Positions 35,223 to 45,272 of a stretch of DNA of 64,000 bases are shown one piece after another. Both the position numbers and the translations under genes were made by a program. The stretch's first letter is position 1. The number at the start of each line of letters is the position of its first letter. The stretch covers positions 4,360-68,359 of the forward strand of contig CAZXFX010000010.1 in NCBI GenBank assembly GCA_964640295.1, given 5' to 3'. A model generated the notes under the pieces. It did no database searches, had not been told where the DNA came from, and was given only the letters and a program-made list of their open reading frames with translations. This DNA is from an uncultured Dehalococcoidia bacterium (GTDB taxonomy: Bacteria; Chloroflexota; Dehalococcoidia; Lucifugimonadales; UBA1123).

Positions 35223-35972
35223 ATGGACATGGAACTGACAGGCAAGAGGGCTATCGTGACCGGCGGCAGCGTCGGAATCGGCAAGGCGACCGCGCGAGAG
35301 TTGGCTAAAGAGGGGGTGGATGTGGTGATATGCGCCCGCCGACAGGATATTCTGGAGAGAACCGCGAGCGAGCTTTCCAGCGAGACAGGTCGCAGAATCA
35401 TACCAGTCGTGGCGGACACCACAAACGCGGAATCGGTAGATGCCGTGGTGGCGAGGGCCGTTGAAGAACTCGGCGGCGTGGACATACTGGTGAACAACGC
35501 GGCCGCTCCCGGCGGTCTTGTGCAGGGCCCGCTTGACGAGTCGGACGACTCAGACCTGCTCTTCGACGTGAACACCAAAGTGGTCGGATACTTCCGCTGC
35601 GCCAAAGCGGTCGCTCCTCACATGAGAGCGCGGGGCTGGGGACGCATCATAAACATCGGTGGGCTTGCCGCTCGGAACGCGGGTACGTTCAGCGGTCTCC
35701 GAAACGCGGCTCTTTCCCACCTTACCAAGACGCTCTCTCTCCAGCTAGGCCCGCATGGAATAAACGTCAACCTCGTACATCCCGGCGGAACGCGCACCGA
35801 GCGCACCACCGAGGAGGCCGGCAACGCGCCTCAGTCCAACGACATACGCAAACTGGTTGACGCCACCGAGATAGGGTACGTAGTCGTCTTTCTATCCTCC
35901 CCCAAGGCCGCGGCGATAGCGGGAGAAACTGTCGCGGCGGGCGGCGGAGTGGGAGCCTCGGTTTACCAGTAG
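35223..35972 (+). CDS. SDR family oxidoreductase
   Basis: TGGSVGIGKA glycine loop, NNAA. Confidence 0.85.
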   Translation: MDMELTGKRAIVTGGSVGIGKATARELAKEGVDVVICARRQDILERTASELSSETGRRIIPVVADTTNAESVDAVVARAVEELGGVDILVNNAAAPGGLVQGPLDESDDSDLLFDVNTKVVGYFRCAKAVAPHMRARGWGRIINIGGLAARNAGTFSGLRNAALSHLTKTLSLQLGPHGINVNLVHPGGTRTERTTEEAGNAPQSNDIRKLVDATEIGYVVVFLSSPKAAAIAGETVAAGGGVGASVYQ

Positions 35973-35983
35973 GGTTCGCGCGC

Positions 35984-37069
35984 TTGGATATACTCTCGCT
36001 AAAGCGAAAACTGACGAATCTTCTTGACCGCGTATGCCGCGATGAGCCATTTTCCGGCGTCGTTCTTGTATCTAGGGACGACGCCGATTTATTCGTTCGC
36101 TGCTGCGGGTACGCCAACCGATCATGGAAAGTATTCAACCGGCGAAACACCAGATTCCGCATCGCCTCCGTCGGGAAGATGCACACGGCGGCGGCTGTCT
36201 TGCAACTCACCGAGCGCGGCCTGTTATCTCTCGATACTTCAATCGTGAAACTGCTGTCATTGGAGAAAACTCGAATATCTCCCGACGTAACTGTCGAGCG
36301 CCTGCTCACAATGACATCGGGCATCGCGGACTGGATAGACGAATCGCCGGACAGCGCTTGGAGTTGGAACACTTTGAGGCGAGAACATCCACTCTACCTT
36401 CTGAAAGAAGGCTCGGACTATCTTCCCCTGTTCACCAACCGCGAACCGCTGTTCGCTCCCGGAGAGTCATGGTCCTACTGCAACGCGAATTACGTACTGC
36501 TCGGCATGGCCATCCAGAAAGTGTCCGGAGTCCCCTACCCCGACTATATGAGAGCGAACGTATTCGCTCGAGCAGGAATGACAGCCACCGACTTTCTATC
36601 CGCCGACGCCGCCGCGGATAGGGTCGCCGAGGGCTACGTTCCCATACTCGACGAAGACAGAAATCTGATTGGATGGAAGAGCAACGTCTATGACTTGACG
36701 ATAGAAGGCGGAGCGGACGGCGGCTCCACATCCACGGCGGACGATCTGATAAAATTCCTTCGTCAATTTAGGAGAGGCGAAATCGCAGGCGCCGGCATGG
36801 CGCGTAAGATGACCACCCCTTTCGTCGAAATTCCACTCAGCCTGAGAGCGGGGCGCCGCCTGTGGTATGGCTATGGGATGGAGATAGTGTCTGACATGGA
36901 CGGACGCGTCATATGTTGGGGACATGGCGGCGAAGAGGCGGGCGTGAGTTGCCGTCTGTATCATTACCCTCGCGCCGGGCTCGACGTGGCTATAATGGGC
37001 AACGCCACCGAATGCGCGGGCCCGCTCGGCGCGCGCGTTGGCGCGATCATTGAAAGCGAGACGGACTAA
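35984..37069 (+). CDS. serine hydrolase (beta-lactamase/PBP4-like family)
   Basis: S-x-x-K in ASVGKMHTA; YCNANYVLLG (Y-x-N). TTG start. Confidence 0.75.
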   Translation: MDILSLKRKLTNLLDRVCRDEPFSGVVLVSRDDADLFVRCCGYANRSWKVFNRRNTRFRIASVGKMHTAAAVLQLTERGLLSLDTSIVKLLSLEKTRISPDVTVERLLTMTSGIADWIDESPDSAWSWNTLRREHPLYLLKEGSDYLPLFTNREPLFAPGESWSYCNANYVLLGMAIQKVSGVPYPDYMRANVFARAGMTATDFLSADAAADRVAEGYVPILDEDRNLIGWKSNVYDLTIEGGADGGSTSTADDLIKFLRQFRRGEIAGAGMARKMTTPFVEIPLSLRAGRRLWYGYGMEIVSDMDGRVICWGHGGEEAGVSCRLYHYPRAGLDVAIMGNATECAGPLGARVGAIIESETD

Positions 37070-37221
37070 GCGGCGCCAAGCTCGTAGGCCATGAAATCTA
37101 GCGCCGCAGTTGATTTTCGGCGCAAGCCACTCAGTGAAAGACCTGCAAAGTGGCTCTTGACATATAGCCCCATCAATGTGAAATTATTGGCAATGCGCAA
37201 AAGTTATTTCAGGGGGAAGAG

Positions 37222-38712
37222 TTGACCTCACTCGCCAATATCCTAGACAACCAACCCGCAAGCAAAGACTCTATCATCATACCGGGCGGACCTACGCTCT
37301 CCTATGGCGAACTGAAGGACGAAGTAGAGCGCGTCGCAGAAACGCTCGCGACGGTAATAGAGCCGCGGCAGGCGGTTTCCATCGTACTTCCCAACGGCCT
37401 CGAGTTCATGGTCGCGTTTCTCGCCGTCGCCCGCGCTGGCGCCATCGCCGCCCCCCTCAACCCTGCCTACACAGTGGACGAGTTCAAGTTCTTCATGGAA
37501 GACGCCGATTCGCGGCTGGCCATACTGCCAGAGGGGGATCACCCAGGCCGCGAGGCCGCGACACAGCTTGGCGTCCCCACGCTGGACGCGACGCTGGACA
37601 GGCGCGGGGAGGTTCGTCTTTCGCGCAATGGTTCCGCTCTGACCGACCGCAAAGACGCGACCGGCCCTTCTCCTGATGACGTAGCGCTGTTCCTACACAC
37701 GTCGGGAACTACCAGCAGGCCAAAGGGCGTTCCGCTAACGCACGCCAATCTTATGGCGTCGCTAAGAAATATCGGAGACACATACGCTCTCACCTCAGAA
37801 GACGTCGCCATGGTGGTCATGCCCCTGTTCCACGTGCATGGCCTGATTGGAGTCGCGCTGTCCACGCTCAACACAGGCGGCGGCGTGGTGGTCCCGTCCA
37901 GATTCAGCGCAAGCCGATTCTGGCTGGAACAGGGTTCCACCAGCGCTACATGGTACTCAGCCGTTCCGACGATTCATCAGATTTTGCTGATGCGCGCCGA
38001 TGACGACAACGCGCCACATGAAAGTTTCAGGTTCATAAGATCGTGCTCGGCCGCTCTCGCCCCCTCCGTGTTCGAAGAACTGGAATCTCGCTTCGGCGCC
38101 CCCGTTCTCGAAGCGTATGGCATGACGGAGGCGTCTCATCAGATGGCGTCCAACCCCCTGCCGCCCGGCGCCAGAAGGCCCGGCACCGTCGGAGCGGGGA
38201 CCGGAGTCGAGATCGCCATAATGGAGGACCAAGGCGCGCTGCTCGGTTCCGGGCAAACGGGCGAGGTCGTCATAAAGGGACCCAACGTGACGCCCGGATA
38301 CCATAACAACCCATCGGCAAACGAAGAGGCGTTCACCAACGGATGGTTCCGCACGGGCGATCAGGGATACCTGGACGCGGGCGGAACGCTCACGCTCACC
38401 GGAAGAATAAAGGAGCTGATCAACAGGGGCGGCGAGAAGATTTCGCCCCTGGAAGTGGACGCCGCGCTGTTGCAGCACCCCAGCGTATCTGAAGCGGTAT
38501 GCTTCGGAATGCCGGATACGAAATACGGCGAAATCGTTCAGGCGGCGGTCGTGCTGTCCGACGACGCCTCGGAAGACGATATACGCTCATTCTGCGGAGG
38601 ACGACTCGCCGACTTCAAAGTGCCTGACCGCATCTACTTGGTCGAATCTCTCCCAAGAACCGCTACCGGCAAGATACAACGCAGGAACATAGCCGCCCAG
38701 TTCGCGCTCTAA
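37222..38712 (+). CDS. AMP-dependent acyl-CoA ligase (oxalate-CoA ligase/Pcs60-like)
   Basis: AMP-binding motif LHTSGTTSRPKGV, GWFRTGD, C-terminal PRTATGKIQRR. TTG start. Confidence 0.85.
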   Translation: MTSLANILDNQPASKDSIIIPGGPTLSYGELKDEVERVAETLATVIEPRQAVSIVLPNGLEFMVAFLAVARAGAIAAPLNPAYTVDEFKFFMEDADSRLAILPEGDHPGREAATQLGVPTLDATLDRRGEVRLSRNGSALTDRKDATGPSPDDVALFLHTSGTTSRPKGVPLTHANLMASLRNIGDTYALTSEDVAMVVMPLFHVHGLIGVALSTLNTGGGVVVPSRFSASRFWLEQGSTSATWYSAVPTIHQILLMRADDDNAPHESFRFIRSCSAALAPSVFEELESRFGAPVLEAYGMTEASHQMASNPLPPGARRPGTVGAGTGVEIAIMEDQGALLGSGQTGEVVIKGPNVTPGYHNNPSANEEAFTNGWFRTGDQGYLDAGGTLTLTGRIKELINRGGEKISPLEVDAALLQHPSVSEAVCFGMPDTKYGEIVQAAVVLSDDASEDDIRSFCGGRLADFKVPDRIYLVESLPRTATGKIQRRNIAAQFAL

Positions 38713-39076
38713 CCTAATCCTCGAGCGTCAACTGGAAGAGAGCCAAACTCCCTCCGACGGCTGACGCTGCGGATTTTGGAGCGCTTCGCCGCGCTCGAAA
38801 CCCTAACCCAATCTGTTGGCTGAAGTTCCCGTCTCATAAAACCCTGCTAATGCAATTCTACTTTAGATGTGATAAATTGCCATCTGAGACAAATTCTAAT
38901 AATTTGTATTGAATTGCGACCAATTCTTTCAAACCCATAGACTGCGATCTCTTTCCGATTGAGTTTACACTCTGGCTGAATTTTGCTTGCGCGGCGCGCG
39001 TATAAGCGGTTCGTTAAATAGAATATCCGCCAGATGATTTTTAGTAGCCAGCTAAGGACAATTCAAAATAATCCCT

Positions 39077-39997
39077 ATGCCAGACACCAACTTCCACCAA
39101 TTGCTTATATTTCATAATGTCGCTCAACTGGGCAGCTTCACCAAAGCGGCCCGGGAATTGAACATCAGCCAACCGGCAGTATCCATTCAGGTTAAGGAAC
39201 TGGAACGCAACTTGGATACCGTTTTGGTCAACAGGGTGCGTAGGGGCGTTTTCCTAACGGAATCGGGCGAGGTCGTTTACGGATATACCAAGCGGATATT
39301 CTCGCTCGCTGACGAGATGCGGCTCGCCGTGCAAGACTTGGAAGGCTTGCAGGCCGGAAGACTCAGCATCGGCTCTTCTTCGACACCGGGCGAATACATA
39401 CTTCCGCTCGCCATGGGGATATTCAGGGAACGCTACCCCAAAATCGAAATATCGCTTGCCATATCCAATACCGATAAGGTTGTGGGGCAAATTCTCAGCC
39501 ACGAATTGGATCTGGGCATGGCCGGCGCAGACGTTGATATAGCCGGGTTGAGTTCATTCCCCTACGTCGAAGACGAAGTGGTAATCGTGGCCGCTCCCAC
39601 CCATGCGCTCTCCCGCAGCCGCAGATGGGTCAGCCTGGAAGAAATAGCGAGCCAACCCCTCATAATGCGCGAGGTCGGGTCGGCAACCAGAAACGCCGCG
39701 TCGGATTTCTTCAAAGCGCGCAATCTGGAAGTAAACATCGCCATGGAACTCGGAAGCAACGAGGCGGTCAAGCGAGCCGCCGCGGCAGGACTGGGTCTCG
39801 GACTGCTCTCCAAGTTCTCAGTCGGACCCGATGTCGCCGCCGGATTCCTGAACGTGCTGCGAACGCGAGGCTGGAAGTGCCAGCGTCCTCTCATAGTATT
39901 CTATCGAGACGACGGCCATATCAGCACAGTACAGCAGGCGTTCCTGAGACTGCTTCAGGTGGAAAGACCGCTTCCGTCCGTGCCGCCGCAATTCTAG
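39077..39997 (+). CDS. LysR family transcriptional regulator
   Basis: N-terminal wHTH (FHNVAQLGSFTKAARELNISQPAVSIQVKELE) plus a substrate-binding domain. Confidence 0.9.
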   Translation: MPDTNFHQLLIFHNVAQLGSFTKAARELNISQPAVSIQVKELERNLDTVLVNRVRRGVFLTESGEVVYGYTKRIFSLADEMRLAVQDLEGLQAGRLSIGSSSTPGEYILPLAMGIFRERYPKIEISLAISNTDKVVGQILSHELDLGMAGADVDIAGLSSFPYVEDEVVIVAAPTHALSRSRRWVSLEEIASQPLIMREVGSATRNAASDFFKARNLEVNIAMELGSNEAVKRAAAAGLGLGLLSKFSVGPDVAAGFLNVLRTRGWKCQRPLIVFYRDDGHISTVQQAFLRLLQVERPLPSVPPQF

Positions 39998-40028
39998 CGC
40001 CGATGTATTACTTCAGAGTGAGGCTCTC

Positions 40029-41342
40029 TTGAAGATAACGGTCATAGGGCTTGGATACGTAGGCGCAGTGGCCGCGGCCGGGCTGGCGAACGCCGGCCAC
40101 GAAGTCTTGGGCGTGGACATCAACCGCGACCGAGTGCGCTCGCTCTCATCCGGGCGCGTTCCGTTCTATGAGCCCGGGCTCGAGTCACGTATATCCGCGG
40201 GACTCTCAGCGGGCAGTCTGCGTTTCACACACCCCGACGACGCTAGCGAACCGCTCGGTGAAATAGCGCTCATCTCAACCGGAACTCCGCCAAGACAGAG
40301 CGGAGCGGCTGACCTCAGCCAGGTCAGGTCCGGCTTGGAGTGGATAAAGTCGCAGCCCCACGACAATCTCGTCGTAGTAATGAAGAGCACCGTTCCGCCA
40401 GGAACCGGCTGCAAAATCATCTCTAGCGAACTAACCGGAACCGATATACGCTACTCGTCCAACCCCGAATTCCTGCGGGAGGGACGCGCTGTTGAAGACT
40501 GGGACTCCCCTGACCGTATCGTCATCGGAGTAGAGCCGGGCGACGCCAAGACCGTCGAAGCGGTCAAGCGGATGCACTCCTCCCTATCGGCGCCGTTCAT
40601 CATTACGGACGTCACAAGCGCGGAGATGACCAAGTACGCCAGCAACGCATTCCTCGCCACCCGCATTTCGTTCATCAACGAGATAGCGTCGCTCTGCGAC
40701 CGCGTGGGCGCCTCGATTGACGCCGTAAGCGAAGGACTTGCCTTAGACCCGAGGACGGGCGGCAAAATCTACGCCGGCGTCGGCTACGGCGGCTCATGCT
40801 TCCCAAAAGACGTGCGCGCCCTCGACTACCTGGCGCTGACCAGCGGCGTCAATTTCGAGCTCCTCCGCTCAGTCATCAATGTGAACAACAAGCAGCGGCT
40901 TCTTCCTCTATACGCGCTCAGATCCCGGTTCGGCGACCCGATTTCGGGACTCAAGGTGGCTGCGCTCGGACTCGCGTTCAAGCCAGATACCGACGACGTG
41001 CGCGACGCGCCTTCGCTCGACCTCATTCGCGCGCTGCTCGACGAGGGCGTCGAAGTGCGGGCATTCGATCCGCGCGCCGCTGAAACCGCCGCCCGAGAAC
41101 TGCCAGAAGCAGCGCGCATCCTCGATGACCCAGTAGAAGCTTCGGCAGGGACGCAGGCGCTTGTCATTCTCACAGAATGGCGGCAGATCATAGAAGCGGA
41201 CTGGCAGAAAATAGCGCGCCGCATGAAGCCGCCCCGCTTCATATTCGACGGGCGAAATTGCCTGTCCCCACGCGAGATGGAATCGCTCGGCTTCGAGTAC
41301 CAAAGCGTCGGCAGGAACAGACAGCAAGTCCCGTCCATATAG
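40029..41342 (+). CDS. ugd: UDP-glucose 6-dehydrogenase family
   Basis: MKITVIGLGYVGAV Rossmann fold; catalytic GGSCFPKD. TTG start. Confidence 0.85.
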   Translation: MKITVIGLGYVGAVAAAGLANAGHEVLGVDINRDRVRSLSSGRVPFYEPGLESRISAGLSAGSLRFTHPDDASEPLGEIALISTGTPPRQSGAADLSQVRSGLEWIKSQPHDNLVVVMKSTVPPGTGCKIISSELTGTDIRYSSNPEFLREGRAVEDWDSPDRIVIGVEPGDAKTVEAVKRMHSSLSAPFIITDVTSAEMTKYASNAFLATRISFINEIASLCDRVGASIDAVSEGLALDPRTGGKIYAGVGYGGSCFPKDVRALDYLALTSGVNFELLRSVINVNNKQRLLPLYALRSRFGDPISGLKVAALGLAFKPDTDDVRDAPSLDLIRALLDEGVEVRAFDPRAAETAARELPEAARILDDPVEASAGTQALVILTEWRQIIEADWQKIARRMKPPRFIFDGRNCLSPREMESLGFEYQSVGRNRQQVPSI

Positions 41343-41352
41343 GCAGCCCACG

Positions 41353-43158
41353 TTGAACGAGTTCATCTACCTCATACGCTACCTATATTCCATGATAAGG
41401 TGGCGACTGTTCGTCTGGGTCGCGCTCCTGATGGTCGCGTCGTTGCTGGAAGGTTTCAGCGTCAGCATGATCCTGCCTATTCTGGGCGGATCAGAGTCCG
41501 CAGACACGCCTCTGTACAGATTCCTTACTCAAGGAGCCGAGTATATCGGCCTGCCCTACACCCTGCCCGTCGCCGTGGCCGGCATGGCAGTTCTGTACAT
41601 AGCGCGCACCGGCTTCATAATCTACCAGCGCGTCTATGCCGCCGACATCACCGGCAAGCTAATGGCGCAACTCAAGATAGAACTGGTGGAGCAAGTTTAC
41701 GAATCGGATTACCAATACTTCCTTCAACGCGGCCTCAGCGCGTTCACCAACGCGGTCACCATCGAACTCAGCAACGTCTCCCACGCCTTCGACAACTGCA
41801 ACAGATTCATCGTCAACGCCGGGTTCGCGCTCGTTTACATAGCGCTGCCCCTCGCCATCAACCCTGTTTTCACCAGCGTCGTCATAGTCGTCGGCGTTCC
41901 CGGCTACTTTCTGCTCAAGAGACTGCTCAGGGTACTGCGCGGATTCTCCATCAGGTCAACCCAGGCCAACCAAGGTTTGCAGTCCTATATCATCCAGGGG
42001 CTGGTCAACTTCAAATACATCAAAGCGACCAACTCGCATCAGGGCATATTCGGGCGCATCCGCGACACCAGTAGAGAGCAGGGCCGCCTTGAGTACAAGC
42101 AGACATCCCTTGCCGCGATACTCGACAATGGAACGGACCTCTTCTTCATGCTCATCATCGCCGGGCTGCTGCTCTACTCGGTCGAGATAGCGCGCAACAG
42201 CCTGATAGAAATCCTGTTCATCCTGTTCATCGTGCGGCGCGCCATGGTCAGCGCCCTCAACGCCCAGCGCTCGTTCCAGGCGTTCCTGAGATTCTCCGGC
42301 AGCGTGCGAAACTTCCAGACGCTCAGCCGCGAACTCGATGAGAGTGTGGAGCCAGTCACCGAATCCGGCGCGACCCCGGACTTCAGCCAGCCCATCACAT
42401 TCACAGACGTTTCTTTCGAATATGAAGGCTCAGGAAAAGTCTTGGACGGCGTAAGCCTTACCATACCGCCCAACGGCATGATAGCATTCGTAGGCGCGTC
42501 CGGCGCGGGCAAGTCGACCGTGGCGACGATGCTGACAGGACTGCTCACCCCGACATCGGGGCAGATTGATATAGGGAACGTTCCTTATAAAAGTCTCAAT
42601 CGGCGCAAGCTCAGAGAGGGCATCGGATACGTGACGCAGGAAAGCGTCATCTTCAACGACACGATTCACAATAACATCGCGTTGTGGTCCGCTGGCGACG
42701 ACTCGCGCAACAGAGTGAGAGCCACCGCCAGAGCCGCCGGCGCGTCCGACTTCATCGAGCGACTCCCCGACGGCTACGATTCGCCCCTCGGCGACAACGG
42801 AATAAACATCTCCGGCGGCCAGCGTCAGCGAATCTCGATAGCGCGCGAACTGTACAAGGACGCCAGCCTTCTCATATTCGACGAAGCGACCAGCGCGCTG
42901 GACACGGAGTCGGAGACCGAAGTGCAAAAGAGCATTGACGCGCTGCGCGGCGACAAGACGATAATTATGATAGCTCACAGGCTGTCAACCATCAAAAACT
43001 GCGATATGATATACGTTCTGAAAGACGGGCGCGTCGTTGAGCGAGGCCCCTATGACGCGCTCCTGGAGCAAAACGGCGAGTTCAGCCAAATGGTCGAACG
43101 ACAGGCGCTCGCGTCAGACAACGCCCGTAACGAACAACAGGAGCGGTCGCCAGCCTAA
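41353..43158 (+). CDS. ABC exporter, fused permease/ATPase (MsbA-like)
   Basis: 601 aa. Six N-terminal TM helices, Walker A GASGAGKST, signature ISGGQRQR, Walker B LLIFDEATS. Confidence 0.85.
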   Translation: MNEFIYLIRYLYSMIRWRLFVWVALLMVASLLEGFSVSMILPILGGSESADTPLYRFLTQGAEYIGLPYTLPVAVAGMAVLYIARTGFIIYQRVYAADITGKLMAQLKIELVEQVYESDYQYFLQRGLSAFTNAVTIELSNVSHAFDNCNRFIVNAGFALVYIALPLAINPVFTSVVIVVGVPGYFLLKRLLRVLRGFSIRSTQANQGLQSYIIQGLVNFKYIKATNSHQGIFGRIRDTSREQGRLEYKQTSLAAILDNGTDLFFMLIIAGLLLYSVEIARNSLIEILFILFIVRRAMVSALNAQRSFQAFLRFSGSVRNFQTLSRELDESVEPVTESGATPDFSQPITFTDVSFEYEGSGKVLDGVSLTIPPNGMIAFVGASGAGKSTVATMLTGLLTPTSGQIDIGNVPYKSLNRRKLREGIGYVTQESVIFNDTIHNNIALWSAGDDSRNRVRATARAAGASDFIERLPDGYDSPLGDNGINISGGQRQRISIARELYKDASLLIFDEATSALDTESETEVQKSIDALRGDKTIIMIAHRLSTIKNCDMIYVLKDGRVVERGPYDALLEQNGEFSQMVERQALASDNARNEQQERSPA

Positions 43159-43260
43159 AATATAGACTTGCTGGGATTCTTAGCGGTACAATTTGTCGGA
43201 ATAAGGACTCTGGATCAATCAATTATCAGACGGGCGGAATCAGCCACAGGAACTGTTTGA

Positions 43261-43749
43261 GTGAATTCACGCGAGCGGAACGGCTTATACTCGCCCCTGA
43301 GCGTAACCAAAGAGCTTTGGCCTTGGTGTTTATCGGTAATCTGCGTACTGACAGTAGCGTGGACAGCACTCGTCGCTTGGAGCGAAGTATCGAGCGGAAA
43401 TCATCCGAACGTCGTCGAGGCGTCAATAGCCGTCGGAACCAAAGCTGGGGCTGGCGTTCCGCTGATATTCATATACTCAATAATCATCGTAAGCGTTGGA
43501 AGCTTTATACGGGGAGACGGAATAATGGTAATGGGGCGAGCCGCCAGAGCGTATCTCTATGACAAGATCGAACAGCGACGTGAGCGATGGCGCGAAGAAG
43601 GGCGCGAGCAGGGGCGCGAGCAGGGGCGCGAGCAGGGGCGCAAGCAGGAACGCAGAGCGTTTGCGGAAGAGGTTGCCGACTGGAACCGCCGCCGACTGGA
43701 CGCCGAAGAGCGCGGCGAACCCTTCGACGAACCGCCCCCAGGCGCGTGA
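43261..43749 (+). CDS. membrane protein with C-terminal (EQGR)n repeat
   Basis: 162 aa, GTG start. Three hydrophobic segments, then REEGREQGREQGREQGRKQER encoded by a 12-bp tandem repeat. Confidence 0.45.
   Translation: MNSRERNGLYSPLSVTKELWPWCLSVICVLTVAWTALVAWSEVSSGNHPNVVEASIAVGTKAGAGVPLIFIYSIIIVSVGSFIRGDGIMVMGRAARAYLYDKIEQRRERWREEGREQGREQGREQGRKQERRAFAEEVADWNRRRLDAEERGEPFDEPPPGA
43595..43650 (+). repeat. 12-bp tandem repeat (GAGCAGGGGCGC, about 4 units) inside a CDS
   Basis: Direct reading: ...GGGCGCGAGCAGGGGCGCGAGCAGGGGCGCGAGCAGGGGCGCAAGCAGG..., encoding (EQGR)n. Confidence 0.85.
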
Positions 43750-43761
43750 CCGGAGTCATAG

Positions 43762-45174
43762 ATGAAAAATCTAATCATCATAACTGTTCTGACGGCGGCG
43801 GTGGCGTTCATCGTCGGCTTTGCCGTGCGTCAGTTCAGACTATTCCCATACCCGCGGCCCGTCGCCGACGCTGTGAGTACAGCCAGAAGAGCGAGGGTGG
43901 CATTCTTCTCGCGCGGCGTAGCTGAAACCAGGGACATGAAGACCATCGAAGACAACTCCCCCAGCGCGGGACGCCGATTTCGATTCACCGAAAGCGACAG
44001 CATGGCAGACCCCATAATATGGCTGGGCGGATACGGTCGATTTGGCGAGTATTCACCCGAATACGGCTGCCTCGCCGTTGAATTCTCCCGCAAGGGCGAA
44101 CCGCTCCATCCCATCCCACTGCGAATAGACGAAATAGAGCGCATGAAGCCGATTGCGCGTATGCCGTATTCGGACTTGGGGTTTTCATTTCGCAGACACA
44201 CCCATTTCTTCGGACTGGCCAAACACGACAGCGGCGACATATTCACGACGATGCACCATTATGGAGCGCCCATACATCCCTACGCCGGAGGAGTAATGCG
44301 AGTTGACAGGGATGGACATTCCGTCTGGTGGAGAAGAGATTACGGCCACCACGCTCTCTCTCTGGGGACACACCCCGAATTCGGTGAGGTACTGGTCGCG
44401 CCCAGCCTGATACTACACAAGCAAGATGTGGCTTTTAGCCTGGCCGATCAACCAATGAGTATCAGGAATAACACATCAGATATACTCATAGACGCCATCA
44501 ACATCATAAGACCTGAGGACGGCGAACTGCTCCGCCAATTTTCAGTTCTGGACGCCATAAACAACTCGCCGCACTCTGCGCTGCTTGGCGCCAACGTCAA
44601 CCCCGCAGACCCGCTGCACGTAAACTCAGTCTTCATGCTCGACGACAGCGCGAACGGCGCGGGAATCCTCTCATCCGGCGACCTCGTAATCTCCATGAGA
44701 AATGTGAGCGCGGTGGCAATCCTGGACGGACGCAGCGGTTCGCTGAAATGCCTGAGGCGCGGCAGCTTTCTCTTTCAGCACTCGGCGCGACACTGGAAAG
44801 ACTCCAAATTCCTGCTGCTCGACAATCAGGGAACTGATGGGACATACGGCCCGTCCCGCCTGATGTCCATTGACCTGACAACCGGCGCCGAGCAGACGAT
44901 ATTCCCGAACGCCGACACGCCTCCTTCCCTGCGCGCAAGGGCCGTTACAGAAATGAGGGGACACATAAGCATATCCTCCGACCTGACCAGAGCGATATGC
45001 TCGTTCCCAGACGCGCGCTTCGCCATGGAAGTGCGCCTGTCCGACGGAGAGTGCCTCAGCCTATTCGACAGCGTCCACGACATCTCCCCCTTCGGATTCC
45101 TGAACAAATACGACAACACAAAATTCGCCGCCTTCAACCTAAACGCCATCGAATACCTGCCTCCGAGAGAGTAG
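43762..45174 (+). CDS. arylsulfotransferase (ASST)-like beta-propeller protein, N-terminally anchored
   Basis: The pattern DPLHVNSVFMLDD...GDLVISMRNVSAVAILDGRSG...FQHSARHW...LLLDNQG resembles ASST-family motifs. Single N-terminal TM helix. Confidence 0.5.
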   Translation: MKNLIIITVLTAAVAFIVGFAVRQFRLFPYPRPVADAVSTARRARVAFFSRGVAETRDMKTIEDNSPSAGRRFRFTESDSMADPIIWLGGYGRFGEYSPEYGCLAVEFSRKGEPLHPIPLRIDEIERMKPIARMPYSDLGFSFRRHTHFFGLAKHDSGDIFTTMHHYGAPIHPYAGGVMRVDRDGHSVWWRRDYGHHALSLGTHPEFGEVLVAPSLILHKQDVAFSLADQPMSIRNNTSDILIDAINIIRPEDGELLRQFSVLDAINNSPHSALLGANVNPADPLHVNSVFMLDDSANGAGILSSGDLVISMRNVSAVAILDGRSGSLKCLRRGSFLFQHSARHWKDSKFLLLDNQGTDGTYGPSRLMSIDLTTGAEQTIFPNADTPPSLRARAVTEMRGHISISSDLTRAICSFPDARFAMEVRLSDGECLSLFDSVHDISPFGFLNKYDNTKFAAFNLNAIEYLPPRE

Positions 45175-45272
45175 GACACAAGTATGTTCAAGGAACTAGA
45201 TGTCATCACTCTCATGTCTGATATTTCTCGTAGCTGGACAGGCCAAATCCCCGCAAATGGACCGATACTATA

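Noticed and set aside
38893-38914. ATTC-N14-GAAT partial palindrome in the AT-rich spacer upstream of the LysR gene, as a possible LysR box.
   Set aside because: Only the 4-bp ends are complementary. The spacing does not match the classical T-N11-A core, and AT-rich DNA produces such matches by chance.
43595-43650. Possible CRISPR-like or other direct-repeat array.
   Set aside because: The repeat unit is only 12 bp, is contiguous without spacers, and is in frame within a CDS. I saw no CRISPR array or cas gene anywhere in the window.
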